A DNA stretch of 63,129 nucleotides, filler included, from Blastocystis sp. subtype 4 (taxonomy: Eukaryota), in NCBI RefSeq assembly GCF_000743755.1. It is 5 parts of 5 records of this genome, joined end to end, with 100 filler letters (N's around TTAATTAATTAA, not from the genome) between each part and the next. Parts side by side here need not be neighbours in the genome. Positions count along the whole stretch, not along the records: positions 51,357 to 63,129 come from NW_014569244.1; 4 more parts are not named here. The stretch is one strand, 5' to 3'. Made by a program: the position numbers and the translations under genes. The notes under the pieces are model-generated. The model did no database searches. It had not been told where the DNA came from and was given only the letters and a program-made list of their open reading frames with translations. How positions within the stretch are numbered: the stretch's first letter is position 1; the number at the start of each line of letters is the position of its first letter. Of this stretch, positions 61,487 to 63,129 are shown one piece after another.

Positions 61487-62977
61487 ATGGGAATTTCTAA
61501 TCTTTTACCTTCCCTTATGTCGATTCAGCGGACCAAGTCATTGGCGGATTATCGAGGTAAACGAGTGGCCGTGGATATAATGTGCTGGTATGTTGTGGAT
61601 GATTTTTGTTGTTGTTAGGTTGCACAGAGGGTCAATCAGTTGTGCTCGAGAGATCTTTCTCTACAATGATAGTACAAAGTATAGTATGAAGATGATTGTC
61701 ATCTTTAGATTGACGGATTATTGTATTTCGAGACTGGAAGAACTAATCAACAACGGGATCACTCCATATGTTGTTTTTGATGGAGCAAATCTTCCGAATA
61801 AACAGATTACTGATGATAGTAGAAGGCTGTACGATTTGTAGTTTTCGGTCATGTGTAGACGACGAGAGGAGTCACTTTCTCGAGCAAAAGAACTCGAGAA
61901 AATTGGAAGTATTGCTGAAGCTCGAAATGAATATTACAGGGCTCTGGAAATTACACCTGAATTGTACGTGCCATTGATTCGACGTCTCCAGGCATTAGGA
62001 ATCGAATATGTTGTTGCTCCCTATGAAGCAGATGCTGAATTGGGATTTTTGAGTCGAAACAACTATGTAGACTTTGTAATTACGGAAGATGGAGATTCTC
62101 TTGTCTATGGTTGTCGTTGTGTTCTCTTCAAATTGGATAATGGTATTGGACAAGAAATTGATACGAGCCGATTGAACGAATGCACGGAAATGAATTTCTG
62201 TGGCTGGACTCACGACATGTTTACATACATGTGTGTTTTGTCAGGTTGTGATTATCTACCAAGTCTCCATGGAGTTGGTATTCGAACCGCATATTCAATT
62301 GTGAGCAAAGGCAAGCGTCCTGATCATATCTTTGAAATGTTACGTCGGAAGACTGAAGTTCCAGATTTGTGGATGAGACAGTGAGAGAATGATTTCTAGA
62401 TATGTAAGCGGCTTCATGAAAGCTGTATTTACTTTTCGTCATCAGACTGTCTTTGATCCATATACCCAGTCGACTATTCCATTAATGCCGTATTCGTCTG
62501 CATTGGATGGAATGAACAAGGACTTTTTAGGACCACTTCTTCCCCAAGATATCGCCATTCAAGTTGCTTCAGGTCAGATTCATCCTTCAACACACCAGAT
62601 AATGTTAACACCAACAGCAGAAGTGATGGAAGAAGAGAGTCCAGTGCTTGCTTCGCCGAGTAGGTGATGACATGAGAATTGATTGACAGCTTACTCTATT
62701 CGTCCTACTCCAGATCATTCCATAGTTCACTTTTCGTCTCCTTTCATAAGTGTATCATTTCGAGCTTTAATTGAGAAACCATCCGAACGAGGATTGGTGG
62801 AGGAGACAGATTTGAGTCATTTGGATTCACGAATCAAATCGGTACGAAAGCGGCCCGCAAATCCTGGAGTAGTTGCAGAATCTCCTCCCCGAAAACGACC
62901 GCTGAATCGTGTGGAAGAATCTCCAGTGATCAATCGGAGTTCTTTCTTGGATCGATTTCGGAGTAATTTCACATCAT
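61487..62977 (+). CDS. EXO1: Exonuclease 1 (XPG/RAD2 family); stop probably T+poly(A)
   Basis: MGISNLLP, VAVDIMCWLHRG, VVFDG, VAPYEADAEL, ITEDGD, LSGCDYLPSLHGVG, FRHQTVFDP. Confidence 0.93.
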
Positions 62978-62981
62978 GTAA

Positions 62982-62989
62982 TGTTTGTT
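62982..62989 (+). terminator. TGTTTGTT polyadenylation motif of EXO1
   Basis: Perfect motif 4 nt after in-frame T62977. Confidence 0.75.
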
Positions 62990-63129
62990 AATAGCAGTTC
63001 TACCACTATTATACATCACCATCTAGATGATCCTATATGGGATATAACAAGAAACAGACTACTAATAAAAAAACCATTACACAACTCTCTTAAGGACGAT
63101 ACTCTCCAGTCACAACAGCATGATCACGT

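Noticed and set aside
6199..62977. Apparent DNA-repair cluster (ERCC1, RNASEH2C, REV1, PolA, CENP-S/MHF1, EXO1)
   Set aside because: The genes lie on five different contigs and are interspersed with unrelated genes
1..63129. Frequent in-frame stops and frameshifts as pseudogenes or an alternative genetic code
   Set aside because: They are resolved by ~30-nt GT-AG introns under the standard code
62990..63129. Possible 3' end of a minus-strand gene at the window edge
   Set aside because: Too short to assign a frame or product

Overview
Eukaryotic, AT-rich (roughly 40% GC by eye), very compact protist DNA. It is not one locus: five contigs (1-12818, 12919-27072, 27173-39324, 39425-51256, 51357-63129) are joined by artificial 100-nt N44-TTAATTAATTAA-N44 linkers. 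About 40 tightly packed genes are split by ~28-35-nt GT-AG introns, and TGTTTGTT-like motifs mark gene 3' ends. This is the signature of the gut stramenopile Blastocystis (inference; the low GC would fit an ST4/ST8-like lineage). In 12 of about 36 genes with a visible 3' end, the frame reaches an in-frame T, TA or TG exactly 4 nt before the motif, so the stop codon is probably completed by polyadenylation. That mechanism is known in Blastocystis. Here it also appears as a TG+A case, back-to-back bidirectional motifs and overlapping convergent gene ends. Other notable items: a PEPCK-like protein with a dead P-loop and a mitochondrial-type leader, a GST-C-like/PrdX editing-domain fusion, a TAZ-finger/TAF4-like fusion, a plant-like GT37 fucosyltransferase, a bacterial-type glycerol dehydrogenase, an exact 99-nt tryparedoxin duplicate, and a 40-bp promoter tandem repeat. 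Gene boundaries were assembled by eye across introns and are approximate. No database searches were run.
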